A DNA stretch of 64,000 bases from NCBI GenBank assembly GCA_963808235.1, contig CAWEEQ010000004.1:1664001-1728000 (forward strand), written 5' to 3'. This document shows, piece after piece, positions 18,479-26,674 of the stretch. A program made the translations under genes and the position numbers. This DNA comes from an uncultured delta proteobacterium (GTDB taxonomy: Bacteria > Desulfobacterota > Binatia > Binatales > Binataceae). Positions within the stretch are counted from its first letter, which is position 1. Every line of letters begins with the position of its first letter. The notes under the pieces are model-generated. The model searched no databases. It was not told where the DNA came from and saw only the letters and a list, made by a program, of their open reading frames with translations.

Positions 18479-19717
18479 GTGTCGATCACTCCGCGCTTGA
18501 ATGACCTGCTCGGCAAAGGGGCGATTCCGATTCTGCTTGGGACTGGCGGGGTTGGTAAGACTACGATTGCGGCGGCGCTTGGGCTCGCGGGCGCGTCGGC
18601 CGGGCTCGAAACTGCGGTTATCACCGTCGATCCCACCCGGCGGCTCCGCGATGCGCTCGGTCTGGAGCGCCTCGGCGGCCATCCGATAAGAATCGGAGCG
18701 AAGCAACTCCGGGCGGCCGGTCTCGCGCCGACGCTGAAACTGTCCGCGATGATGCTCGACGTTAAGGGCGCGTGGGACGCCGTGGTCGAGCGCTTTGTCG
18801 CGGACCCGGCAACGCGCCGCCGCATTTTCGATAACCCCTTCTACCAGAGCCTGACCAAGGAGTTTGCCGGATCGGAAGCGTTCGCGGCGCTGCAGCAGCT
18901 TTACGATTTGCATCAGGCGGGCGCATTCGAACTCGAGGTCGTCGACACTCCGCCCGCATCGCATTCGTTTGAATTTCTGCAGGCGCCCGCCCGCATGATC
19001 CGGCTGCTCGATTCGCGCGCCGCGCGATGGCTTTTCACGCCGTCGCTGTCGGCGGGGCGAATCGCGATGAAGCTCGCGAGCAACGCGGCACGCTTCGTGG
19101 TGCGCGAGTTGGAACGCTTCGCGGGCAAGAGTGTGCTTTCGACGATCGCGGATTTCTTCGCGGCGATGGCCGACAGCATGGACTCGGTAGTGGATCGACT
19201 GCACAAGACCGAAGCGCTGTTGCATTCTCCAGCGGTGCGATTCGTGCTGGTGACAACGGCGGAAGCGGATCGGCTTATCCAGGCGCGTGAGCTTATCGAC
19301 GAAATGGAAGCGGAAGGACTGAAGCTCTCCGCAATCGTGATCAACCGGTTCCTCGACGAACGCATCTGGCATTCGATCGCCGATTCGTCGCGAGACCCAT
19401 TGAGCCATCTCGAGGAAATTTCAGAATTGCGAATGGAAGTCGGGTCGCGAGCGAATCGCGACGGCGACAGCCGCACGGGACTTGCGCGGCTGGTCGACTA
19501 CTTCGAGCAGTATCGAGTGCAGACCCTCGACGAAATTAGGCGCGTGGCGGATTTCGCGCGCGGACTGCCCGCCGACGTGAAGCTCGCGATCGCGCCGAAA
19601 ATCGAGGCGGGCGTGCTCGACTTGGGGGCGCTGTCGCGAGTCGCGGGGTACGTCACGTCAGGGGTTGCGATATTGCAGCCGCTGGAAGCGGCGGCAATCT
19701 CGCAGCGCGCGGGTTGA
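18479..19717 (+). CDS. ArsA/Get3-like anion-transporting ATPase (Rv3680-like)
   Basis: GTGGVGKTT, VITVDPTRRLRDALG, LSAMMLD, NPFY, VVDTPP. Confidence 0.85.
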   Translation: MSITPRLNDLLGKGAIPILLGTGGVGKTTIAAALGLAGASAGLETAVITVDPTRRLRDALGLERLGGHPIRIGAKQLRAAGLAPTLKLSAMMLDVKGAWDAVVERFVADPATRRRIFDNPFYQSLTKEFAGSEAFAALQQLYDLHQAGAFELEVVDTPPASHSFEFLQAPARMIRLLDSRAARWLFTPSLSAGRIAMKLASNAARFVVRELERFAGKSVLSTIADFFAAMADSMDSVVDRLHKTEALLHSPAVRFVLVTTAEADRLIQARELIDEMEAEGLKLSAIVINRFLDERIWHSIADSSRDPLSHLEEISELRMEVGSRANRDGDSRTGLARLVDYFEQYRVQTLDEIRRVADFARGLPADVKLAIAPKIEAGVLDLGALSRVAGYVTSGVAILQPLEAAAISQRAG

Positions 19718-19735
19718 GGGGGAGAGGAGCGAGGC

Positions 19736-19969
19736 GGGAGAAAGGATCAGGATGTGAAACCCATAGTGGGTTTCGTTTTTCCACACTGGTTCACTTCAGT
19801 AGGAATCTTAGTCACGCCTGCGCGGCTGGCGGCAGGGGTGACCCCTGCACCCGGTGTCTACACAACGCGAAGCAGCCAGTGGCGGCATTTCGCGGGGGTC
19901 TAGTGTGGGAAAGGGGGAAGCGTCCGAAGGTTTTCGCACTTCCCGTTGTGGGAGAAAAAGATCAGGATG
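19736..19969. mobile_element. MITE/REP-like non-coding element bounded by about 19-bp imperfect direct repeats
   Basis: GGGAGAAAGGATCAGGATG (19736-19754) and GGGAGAAAAAGATCAGGATG (19950-19969) enclosing several hairpins. Confidence 0.45.
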
Positions 19970-20045
19970 CGGCGCTGCGCGCCTGTTAGAAGGTTTGAAC
20001 GGGGAGAGAAGGCGATGTCATTAGATTTGGTGCGGGGTGCTGGAT

Positions 20046-20085
20046 ACCTAACCCCTAACCCCTTCCCTCGAGGGAAGGGGAACCG
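20046..20085. repeat. REP-like hairpin (CCCCTAACCCCTTCCC-TCGA-GGGAAGGGG)
   Basis: Perfect CCCCTTCCC/GGGAAGGGG stem; related to the CCCTCACCC...CCTCTCCC...GGGAGAGG family. Confidence 0.7.
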
Positions 20086-20174
20086 GATTCATGTTTGCTT
20101 ATTTTGATACTGTGAGAGCTGTGGAACCTTTCAAGAGTTTCACAGCTTCTGCTGCCGTCATAGGTGCGTTTGCT

Positions 20175-20354
20175 TGATTGTGTACTTGTTGATTGGCGTG
20201 CGACCTCTCCCTAACCCGCTCCTTGAACAAGAGAGCTTGGCGTAACCTCCGGCTGTGAGCGGAATTTGGATGCGGACCCTCACCCGCCGCTCGTCTTTCA
20301 CCAAGTCGCTACGCGAAGAGCGTCGGCCTCTCCCTGTCAGGGCGAGGCTATTAG
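20175..20354 (+). repeat. About 180-bp imperfect direct repeat, copy A
   Basis: Shares TGATTGYGTACTTGTTGATTGGCGTG, GAGAGCTT.GCGTAACCTC.GGCTG, GCGGAATTTGGA, CCCTCACCCG...CGGCCTCTCCCTGTCAG...GAGGCTATTAG with 20895-21080. Confidence 0.85.
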
Positions 20355-20510
20355 GAGCGCTGCGTCGGTGTTTAGTTATGCAAAGCCTTTTTGGATCAAG
20401 GAGGTGCGACTGGCACGCGGGGATAAGAAGGAAAAGGATAGAGGGATAGATGGGGCGCTGCGGCTTGGTGGTGCCGCAGCGCCTGCTATAGGTCGTCTGC
20501 TACACAGTGC

Positions 20511-20795
20511 CTATTCGGTGATGGTTCCTTTCCAGGTGCGCGCGGCCAAGTCTATCTCGCCGACGTTGGCGATTCGGCGGCCGTCGGAGAGCTCCCAAGT
20601 GTTCGCCGTTGCCCATCGCGCCTTGCCCTTGGTCTCGTAGGTTCCTTGACCAACGCCGCTGATAGCATCGCCGTTCTCGAGGAACGCCTGCCCGACCACG
20701 CTGAAAGTTCCGTCCTTGTTGCCGCCGATGAAGCTGGCGGTTTCATAGACGTTTCCAAATCCGGTCGCGGTGCCTTCGAAATTGACCTGGTTGAT
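20511..20795 (-). pseudogene. 5'-truncated hypothetical beta-strand-rich protein
   Basis: Protein-like frame INQVNFEGTATGFGNVYETASF...GEIDLAARTWKGTITE*; an in-frame TAA lies 7 codons upstream with no start codon. Confidence 0.6.
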
Positions 20796-20894
20796 CTTTT
20801 TACGGGACGTGCAGGCCGCTTACGTCGTGGTGGCGTCGCGCGTTAGGCAGTGCGGGCGCTGCTTTGCGGAATGCGTGTTCGTGCTGCGATCACC

Positions 20895-21080
20895 TGATTG
20901 CGTACTTGTTGATTGGCGTGAAATTCTTCAGCAGAGCTCAGGGCGGGCTCTCTCCCTCATCCTCTTGCTGGAAAGAGAGCTTTGCGTAACCTCGGGCTGC
21001 GCGCGGAATTTGGAATGCGGACCCTCACCCGCGTCGAGAAGACTCGACGCGGCCTCTCCCTGTCAGAGAGAGGCTATTAG
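20895..21080 (+). repeat. About 185-bp imperfect direct repeat, copy B
   Basis: See copy A at 20175-20354. Confidence 0.85.
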
Positions 21081-21106
21081 AGGCCTTGTGTCGCGCATTG
21101 CGCTCG

Positions 21107-21202
21107 ATGCGGGCGCCCGCACCCGTCCGACGACGTGAACGTCGTCGGCCGGCCTCTCCCGGTTCGCGGATGGCGACTTGAGTCGCCATCCGCGGGAGAG
21201 GT
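21107..21202 (+). repeat. Two-hairpin REP-like element, copy 1
   Basis: ATGCGGGCGCCCGCACCCG-hairpin-CGGCCTCTCCCGGTT-hairpin-GGGAGAGG; near-identical architecture at 22858-22952. Confidence 0.85.
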
Positions 21203-21297
21203 AAGAAAGCGCGCCGGCGCAAATCGATCATCAAATATGTGCTCGCCTATGGAAGAAGCACTCTAGACGCTTGCGACCTGCACGTTCACTTAAAAGA

Positions 21298-21638
21298 CCG
21301 GAGTGAGTCTGTAAGCCGGGTTCTGTGCTCTTGCGAGTGGCGATCATTCCTCTAGGCCGTCGATTGCTCGATGGCTCATGCGACCATACCCGAGGCCTTA
21401 AGAGCGGGCCGCTCAGCCTCCTATTTGGTCTTGCTCCGGGTGGGGTTTGGCATGCGCGCGCGATCACTCGCGCGCCGGTGGGCTCTTACCCCACCATTTC
21501 ACCCTTACCCTTTCGGGCGGTCTATTTTCTGTGCCACTTTCCGCGGATCGCTCCGCGCCGCCGTTAACGGCCACCCTGCCCTATGGAGCCCGGACTTTCC
21601 TCCTCCCTTATGGGAGGCGATCGCCCGACTCACTCCGG
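21298..21638 (-). ncRNA. rnpB: RNase P RNA, bacterial class A
   Basis: GAGGAAAGTCCGGGC, GGAAAGTGGCACAGAAAA, GGGTGAAA..GGTAAGAGC, AAACCCC..GAGCAAG, ACAGAACCCGGCTTA; terminal P1 CCGGAGTGAGTC/GACTCACTCCGG. Confidence 0.97.
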
Positions 21639-21646
21639 CGGACGGA

Positions 21647-21655
21647 ATTCTAGCA
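21647..21655 (-). promoter_or_regulatory. Extended -10 promoter of rnpB
   Basis: TGcTAGAAT 8 nt upstream of the P1 helix. Confidence 0.55.
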
Positions 21656-21700
21656 TCTTTGACGATGAGGCCTCACCTCTCCCAAGCCAGTAGCGTCTCG

Positions 21701-21794
21701 TGTCATTCTGAGCGCAGCGAAGAAACCCGGCTTCCGTGGTTTACGTCAGCACTGTTCCGGGTTCCTTCACTCCGCAGACTCCGTTCAGGATGAC
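21701..21794. repeat. Palindromic REP-like element of the GTCATTCTGAG...CAGGATGAC type
   Basis: TGTCATTCTGAGCGCAGCGAAGAAACCCGG ... CCGGGTTCCTTC...TTCAGGATGAC long imperfect inverted repeat. Confidence 0.75.
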
Positions 21795-21847
21795 TCGAAA
21801 AAGTTGGAACGCAGGCGAAGCCTGCTGACCAAAATGTGGAGGGAGAT

Positions 21848-22852
21848 ATGAAAGCGATTCGGGTCGAACAAGCCAAAGGGCCTTTTAAACTTGTCGACGA
21901 GAAAATGCCTGAGCCTGCGCGCGGGCAAGCGCGGATTAAAGTGCAGGCGTGCGGGATTTGTCACAGCGACTCGTTTACGAAAGAAGGAGCGTGGCCGAAC
22001 ATCAGCTACCCGCGCTCGCCGGGACATGAGATTGCCGGGGTGATCGATGCGCTCGGCGAAGATGCGGGCGACTGGAAAGTGGGAGATCGCGTCGGGGTCG
22101 GATGGCATGGCGGGCATTGCACGAAATGCGATTCGTGCCGCAAGGGCGATTTTGTGAATTGTCGCTATTTGAAGATCCCCGGGATCAGTTACGATGGCGG
22201 GTATGCGCAGTACGTGATTGCCCCGATCGAGGCGCTCGCGCATATCCCCGATTCCTTGCGCCCCGAGGAAGCCGCGCCGCTGATGTGCGCGGGGATCACC
22301 ACCTTCAACGCGCTCCGGCACAGCGGCGCTGGGCCGGGCGACCTGGTGGCAATCCAGGGTATCGGCGGGCTCGGGCATTTGGGAATCCAGTGGGCGGCCA
22401 AGTTTGGTTACGACGTAATCGCAATCGGCCGCGGCGAGGACAAGCAGTCGCTCGCGCAGAAGCTGGGCGCCCGCCGCTATATCGATGCATCCAGTCAGAA
22501 TGTCGCGACCGAGCTGACCAAGGAAGGCGGGGCCAGCGCGATTATCGCCACCGCGCCCGACGGGAAGGCGATGGGCGCGCTGATCGAGGGCCTCGGCGTG
22601 CGCGGCAGATTGGTGGTCGTAGGGGCCAGCGCTGAGCCGTTCGCAGTCTCCTCGTTCCAGCTTATCGGAGCACAACGGTCGATCGTCGGATGGCCGTCGG
22701 GAACCTCGAGGGATTCTGAGGATACGCTCAAATTCGCAGCCGCGACGGGAGTCCGCGCGATGATCGAGACTTTTCCGCTGGAACAGGCGAGCGCCGCGTA
22801 CGAGCGCATGATGTCGGGCAAGGTGCGTTTTCGCGCGGTGCTGACGTATTGA
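21848..22852 (+). CDS. Zinc-dependent alcohol dehydrogenase (MDR family)
   Basis: CGICHSD, PGHEIAG, CxxCxxC...C, APLMCAGIT, GIGGLGH; GGAGGGAG RBS. Confidence 0.93.
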   Translation: MKAIRVEQAKGPFKLVDEKMPEPARGQARIKVQACGICHSDSFTKEGAWPNISYPRSPGHEIAGVIDALGEDAGDWKVGDRVGVGWHGGHCTKCDSCRKGDFVNCRYLKIPGISYDGGYAQYVIAPIEALAHIPDSLRPEEAAPLMCAGITTFNALRHSGAGPGDLVAIQGIGGLGHLGIQWAAKFGYDVIAIGRGEDKQSLAQKLGARRYIDASSQNVATELTKEGGASAIIATAPDGKAMGALIEGLGVRGRLVVVGASAEPFAVSSFQLIGAQRSIVGWPSGTSRDSEDTLKFAAATGVRAMIETFPLEQASAAYERMMSGKVRFRAVLTY

Positions 22853-22857
22853 GCTGA

Positions 22858-22952
22858 ATGCGGGCGCCCTCACCCGTTCGACGACATGAATGTCGTCGAA
22901 CGGCCTCTCCCGGTTCGCCGATGGCGACATCGTCGCCAGCGGCGGGAGAGGC
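22858..22952 (+). repeat. Two-hairpin REP-like element, copy 2 (between convergent genes)
   Basis: Homologous to 21107-21202 with compensatory stem changes. Confidence 0.85.
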
Positions 22953-22955
22953 TAA

Positions 22956-23681
22956 TCACGAAGGCGGTTTTTCGGGCTGCGCCTCGTAGTACAGGATTCG
23001 CTGGCAGTTCGGGCAGAAGTGAATCTGCAGATGCTTCTGGATCTCGTTGTAGAGCTGTGGCGGCAGGCGCATCCGGCATCCCTGGCAGGTGCCGCCTTTG
23101 GCCATCGTGACCGCAACTCCGCCGCGCCGGCTGAAGATCATCTGGTAGCGGGCAAGCAAGCTCGGCTCGATATTCTCGGCGACCTTCTCGCGCGCCTTGC
23201 GATGCTTGGCGATTTCGGACTTGTAGTCTTCGACTTGCGCGGCGATTTCTTTTTCCGCCGCCAGCAACTCGACGCGGCCCTTGGCGATCGCTTCGGTGAG
23301 CTCCTTGATCCGCGCGGTGCGAACGTCGGCGCCCTCCATCGAGGTAAGAATCTCGGATTCGAGGCGCTGATTGGTTTCCTTGAGCGAATCGACCTCGTGG
23401 GTCAGGGCCTGCAGTTCCTTGTCGTTGCGCACCAGCGTCAGGCGCATCCGCTTGTTGCGGATTCTGACTTCGCCTTCGGCGAGCTCGCGCTCTGCTTTCT
23501 TGCGGGCGGTGATGATTGTTTTGTCTTGTTCGGCGAGGCGATCGAGCTCAGCTTGATTCTTATGGGTCTCGTCGCGAATCTCCTCGACCCGCCCCGCAAT
23601 TGACGTCAGCGCCAGCTCCAGCTCCTGCAACTGCCGGTCGATGACCTGAAGGTCCATCAGCCGGGTTATCTCTTCACGCAA
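22956..23681 (-). CDS. Coiled-coil protein with C4 zinc ribbon (CT398/HP0958-like)
   Basis: LMDLQVID, long coiled coil, CQGCRMRLPPQ...CPNCQRILY. Confidence 0.9.
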   Translation of the reverse strand: MREEITRLMDLQVIDRQLQELELALTSIAGRVEEIRDETHKNQAELDRLAEQDKTIITARKKAERELAEGEVRIRNKRMRLTLVRNDKELQALTHEVDSLKETNQRLESEILTSMEGADVRTARIKELTEAIAKGRVELLAAEKEIAAQVEDYKSEIAKHRKAREKVAENIEPSLLARYQMIFSRRGGVAVTMAKGGTCQGCRMRLPPQLYNEIQKHLQIHFCPNCQRILYYEAQPEKPPS

Positions 23682-23783
23682 TTGTTACTCCGCTAAGTTG
23701 GGCGCATCGCGCAGAATGTTTCATCGCCATACTTACGCGATCCGCGTTACAGCGCATCGTTGTCGACATCGTTATCAATGATA

Positions 23784-23859
23784 TGGGCCCACCAGGATTT
23801 GAACCTGGGACCAGCCGGTTATGAGCCGGCAGCTCTGAACCTGGCTGAGCTATGGGCCC
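23784..23859 (-). tRNA. tRNA with CAT anticodon, most likely tRNA-Ile2 (lysidine); CCA not encoded
   Basis: GGGCCCATAGCTCAG...GCCGGCTCATAACCGGC...GGTTCAAATCC...GGGCCCA; no fMet C1:A72 mismatch or GGG/CCC anticodon stem; ileX-like position downstream of dnaG. Confidence 0.88.
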
Positions 23860-23883
23860 CGTGAAATGCATCAGGCTTTCATG

Positions 23884-23912
23884 ATGGTAGCAATTTCGTG
23901 GCGCGGACTTAA
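23884..23912 (-). promoter_or_regulatory. Promoter of the CAT tRNA
   Basis: TTAAGT-17 bp-TACCAT with extended TG. Confidence 0.5.
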
Positions 23913-23971
23913 GGGGTTCAACGCACGACTCGCGTTCAAGTTATGTCCGCTGGTCATTTCACAGCCACCGG

Positions 23972-25807
23972 TCATTGCGGCACATCGCGTCCTTCGCGAC
24001 GAAGCGCGATCACCGCCTGCGCCGCCGCCTCCGCTTCGCCCGGCTCGGACGCGCGCGCGCCGATTTCGGACGCGTTCTTTCTTAAGCTCTCGAGTTCGCG
24101 CGAGCGCCGGCGCCGCTCGAGCGCGGCCGCGTAGTCGCTCGCGAGCCGGCGCCCTTTTTCCAGATCGTTCGGATCGCTTTGCGGATCTTTCTGGGTGTCT
24201 CGCTCCAGGCTGTCGCTTAAGGGGCCGACCGCAATCTCGCTGACCCGGCTCAGCTCTTCGGGGGTCAATCGCTCGGAGAGCCACTCTTCGAGCGCACTGT
24301 ACTCCTCGTCGGTCTTGCACAAATCGGCCAGCAGTCCGGCAAGCCGAAGATCCTCAAAGTTAGCGCTCGCGTCGAGCGCGGCTATTTCGGCGCGCAACTC
24401 GGGGCGCAGAATCGCGAGCGCGACCAGCCCGATCTCAGCCTTCGACCCGGCGTTGCCGGCCGCCGCGACGGGCCGATTCTCCGGCGCACGCGGCCGGCGG
24501 GCCGATTGCGAACGCGAATCGGCTCCGCGCGCTTCTTTGCGCAGAACCTCCTCGCCGATTCCGAGCAGGTCGGCCGCCTTGCGCGCGAGGAGGTCGAACT
24601 GGAAGGGATCGCCGACCAGTTTGAGCATCGCGGCGACGCGCGCCGCCGCTCGTGCGCGCTCGGCGATCGAGCCGCGCGCCTCGGTTGCCTGCTCGCTCAG
24701 AAAATAATCGACCAGCAATTCGGCGTTCTCGGCGAGCTCCGCAAATGCCGCCGCGCCGCGCTCGCGGACAAATGTGTCGGGATCGAAACCGGGAGGAATG
24801 AAGATTCCGTGGCCGAGCAATCCCGCCTGGAGAAAAATTTCCAGCGCGCGCATCGAGGCCTTGCGGCCGGCGGAGTCGCCGTCAAAGCAGGCGATGACAT
24901 TTTTCGTGTAGCGGCTGAGCAGGCGGAGCTGCTCGACGGTGAGCGCGGTGCCGCATCCGGCGACCGCCTCCTTGAACCCGGCTTGCCAGAGCGCGATCAC
25001 GTCGAAGTAACCCTCGACCAGAATCCCGCGGTCCTTTCCAGACGACGCCTGAGAGGAAATCGCCTGGCGCGCTTCGCAGAGTCCGTAAAGCGTGCGGGTT
25101 TTCGAGTAGAGTGGCGATTCCGGAGAGTTGATGTACTTGGGCAGGCGCGCGTCGAGCACGCGGCCGCCGAACGCGATCACCCGTGCCTGCGGGTCGCGAA
25201 TCGGGAACATCACGCGCGCGCGAAACATGTCGTATGCGTCGGCGCCGTCGGTTTTGATCAGGCCGACTTTCACGCCCGCGTCCCGAAGTCCGCGCCGCTC
25301 GAGCGCCTTGGCCAGCGAGGACGGCCGGCTAGGCGCGAATCCGACCAGGAATGCGCGCGCGGTGTCGAGGCTTATCCCGCGCGATTTCAGATAGTCGCGC
25401 GCGAGTGCTCCGTCGGTGGTATTCCACAGCACGTGCGCAAAGAACTCGGCGGCGACGGCGTTCGCATTGAGCATCGCTTCGCGCTCGCCGGCCGCCGGTC
25501 CCGATTCATCGCGCTCGGGAATCGTGACGCCGTACTTGCGCGCGAGCGATCGCACAGCTTCGGGAAAAGTCAGGCCCTCGACGCGCATCAGGAAATTGAA
25601 AACGCTGCCGCCGGTGTTGCATCCGAAGCAATGAAAGAAGCCGCGCTCCGCGTTGACGGAAAACGACGGCGTCTTTTCGTTGTGAAACGGGCATAGGCCG
25701 ACGAAGTTGCGGCCGGCGCGGCGCAGGCGCACGTGCGCGCCGACGATCTCGACGATATCGGCGCGGGCGCGGACTTCCTCGATCTTGTCGTCGCCGAAAC
25801 GTCCCAT
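23972..25807 (-). CDS. dnaG: DNA primase
   Basis: CPFHNEKTPSF..CFGC zinc finger, KYINSPES, VEGYFD, FDGDSAG, DPD. Confidence 0.97.
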   Translation of the reverse strand: MGRFGDDKIEEVRARADIVEIVGAHVRLRRAGRNFVGLCPFHNEKTPSFSVNAERGFFHCFGCNTGGSVFNFLMRVEGLTFPEAVRSLARKYGVTIPERDESGPAAGEREAMLNANAVAAEFFAHVLWNTTDGALARDYLKSRGISLDTARAFLVGFAPSRPSSLAKALERRGLRDAGVKVGLIKTDGADAYDMFRARVMFPIRDPQARVIAFGGRVLDARLPKYINSPESPLYSKTRTLYGLCEARQAISSQASSGKDRGILVEGYFDVIALWQAGFKEAVAGCGTALTVEQLRLLSRYTKNVIACFDGDSAGRKASMRALEIFLQAGLLGHGIFIPPGFDPDTFVRERGAAAFAELAENAELLVDYFLSEQATEARGSIAERARAAARVAAMLKLVGDPFQFDLLARKAADLLGIGEEVLRKEARGADSRSQSARRPRAPENRPVAAAGNAGSKAEIGLVALAILRPELRAEIAALDASANFEDLRLAGLLADLCKTDEEYSALEEWLSERLTPEELSRVSEIAVGPLSDSLERDTQKDPQSDPNDLEKGRRLASDYAAALERRRRSRELESLRKNASEIGARASEPGEAEAAAQAVIALRREGRDVPQ

Positions 25808-26511
25808 CAGCCGCCCAGCACCGTGCGCAAACGTTCAGGATAGTTGGTCATGATACCGTCAACGCCGCATTCCATCAGCGCGCGCATCCGCGCGTCCGCA
25901 TCGACGGTCCAGGTATAGACCTGGAGATTCTTTTCGTGCGCCGCCTTGCAAAGATCGGCAGTCACCATGTCCCATCGAGGGTTGATCGCATAAGCGCGCA
26001 TCGCAACCGCGTTAATCATCAGGTCAACCGGCTTCTCGTCGGCGAGCAATGCGATGCGGATATTGAAATGGAGCTGCTGAATTTTTTTCAGATATTCCCA
26101 ATCGAAGCTCGACACGATGCTGTCGGCGAAAGCCTCACGCGACTGCATGATCTGAGCGACTTGATGCTCGAGACCGCCGGCCTTGAGCTCGATATTCAGG
26201 CCGCATCGGCCCGCCGTAACGTCAAAGACCTCGTCCAGGGTGGGGATTCGCTCGCCCTTCACCGCGCCGCCCTTGAACTTCGCGCCCGCGTCGAGGCGCT
26301 GCAATTCCGCGAGCGTCAGTTCGGCGACTTCGCCCTTGCCGTCGGTCGTGCGCTCGACGGTTTCGTCATGAATCACGACCACAGCGCCGTCGCGCGTGAG
26401 CTGAACGTCGAGCTCGCACATGTCCGCCTTCGCGTCGATAGCGGCGCGAAATGCGCTGAGGGTGTTTTCGGGAAAAGTACCGCTCGCCCCGCGATGGGCC
26501 ATGTTAAGCAC
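25807..26511 (-). CDS. Glycerophosphodiester phosphodiesterase (cytoplasmic, UgpQ-like)
   Basis: AHRGASG..PENT, ELDVQLTRDG, HD, NIELK, WTVD, DGIMTNYP. Confidence 0.92.
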   Translation of the reverse strand: MLNMAHRGASGTFPENTLSAFRAAIDAKADMCELDVQLTRDGAVVVIHDETVERTTDGKGEVAELTLAELQRLDAGAKFKGGAVKGERIPTLDEVFDVTAGRCGLNIELKAGGLEHQVAQIMQSREAFADSIVSSFDWEYLKKIQQLHFNIRIALLADEKPVDLMINAVAMRAYAINPRWDMVTADLCKAAHEKNLQVYTWTVDADARMRALMECGVDGIMTNYPERLRTVLGG

Positions 26512-26674
26512 AGCCCGCCTCCACCACTTGGAAAAATTGAGAACTAATAATGTTGCAAGTGTACGCGACCGATCCGCGCGAGCGCAAACCGCACTGTCCG
26601 TGATGTCAACAGGAGCGGCGCGTGGCGGGCCTCGAATGAAATCGGCGCGGATGCCATAAGTCAGAGCGGAAAAT

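Noticed and set aside
18392-19408. 525-aa ORF suggesting a long N-terminal fusion to the HD hydrolase
   Set aside because: The extension is the antisense of arsA; HD homology starts at 18391, which has its own -10 box
20818-20848. GTTAGGC / GCCTAAC attC-like end suggesting an integron cassette
   Set aside because: No matching R''/L boxes at a plausible distance, no cassette array and no intI
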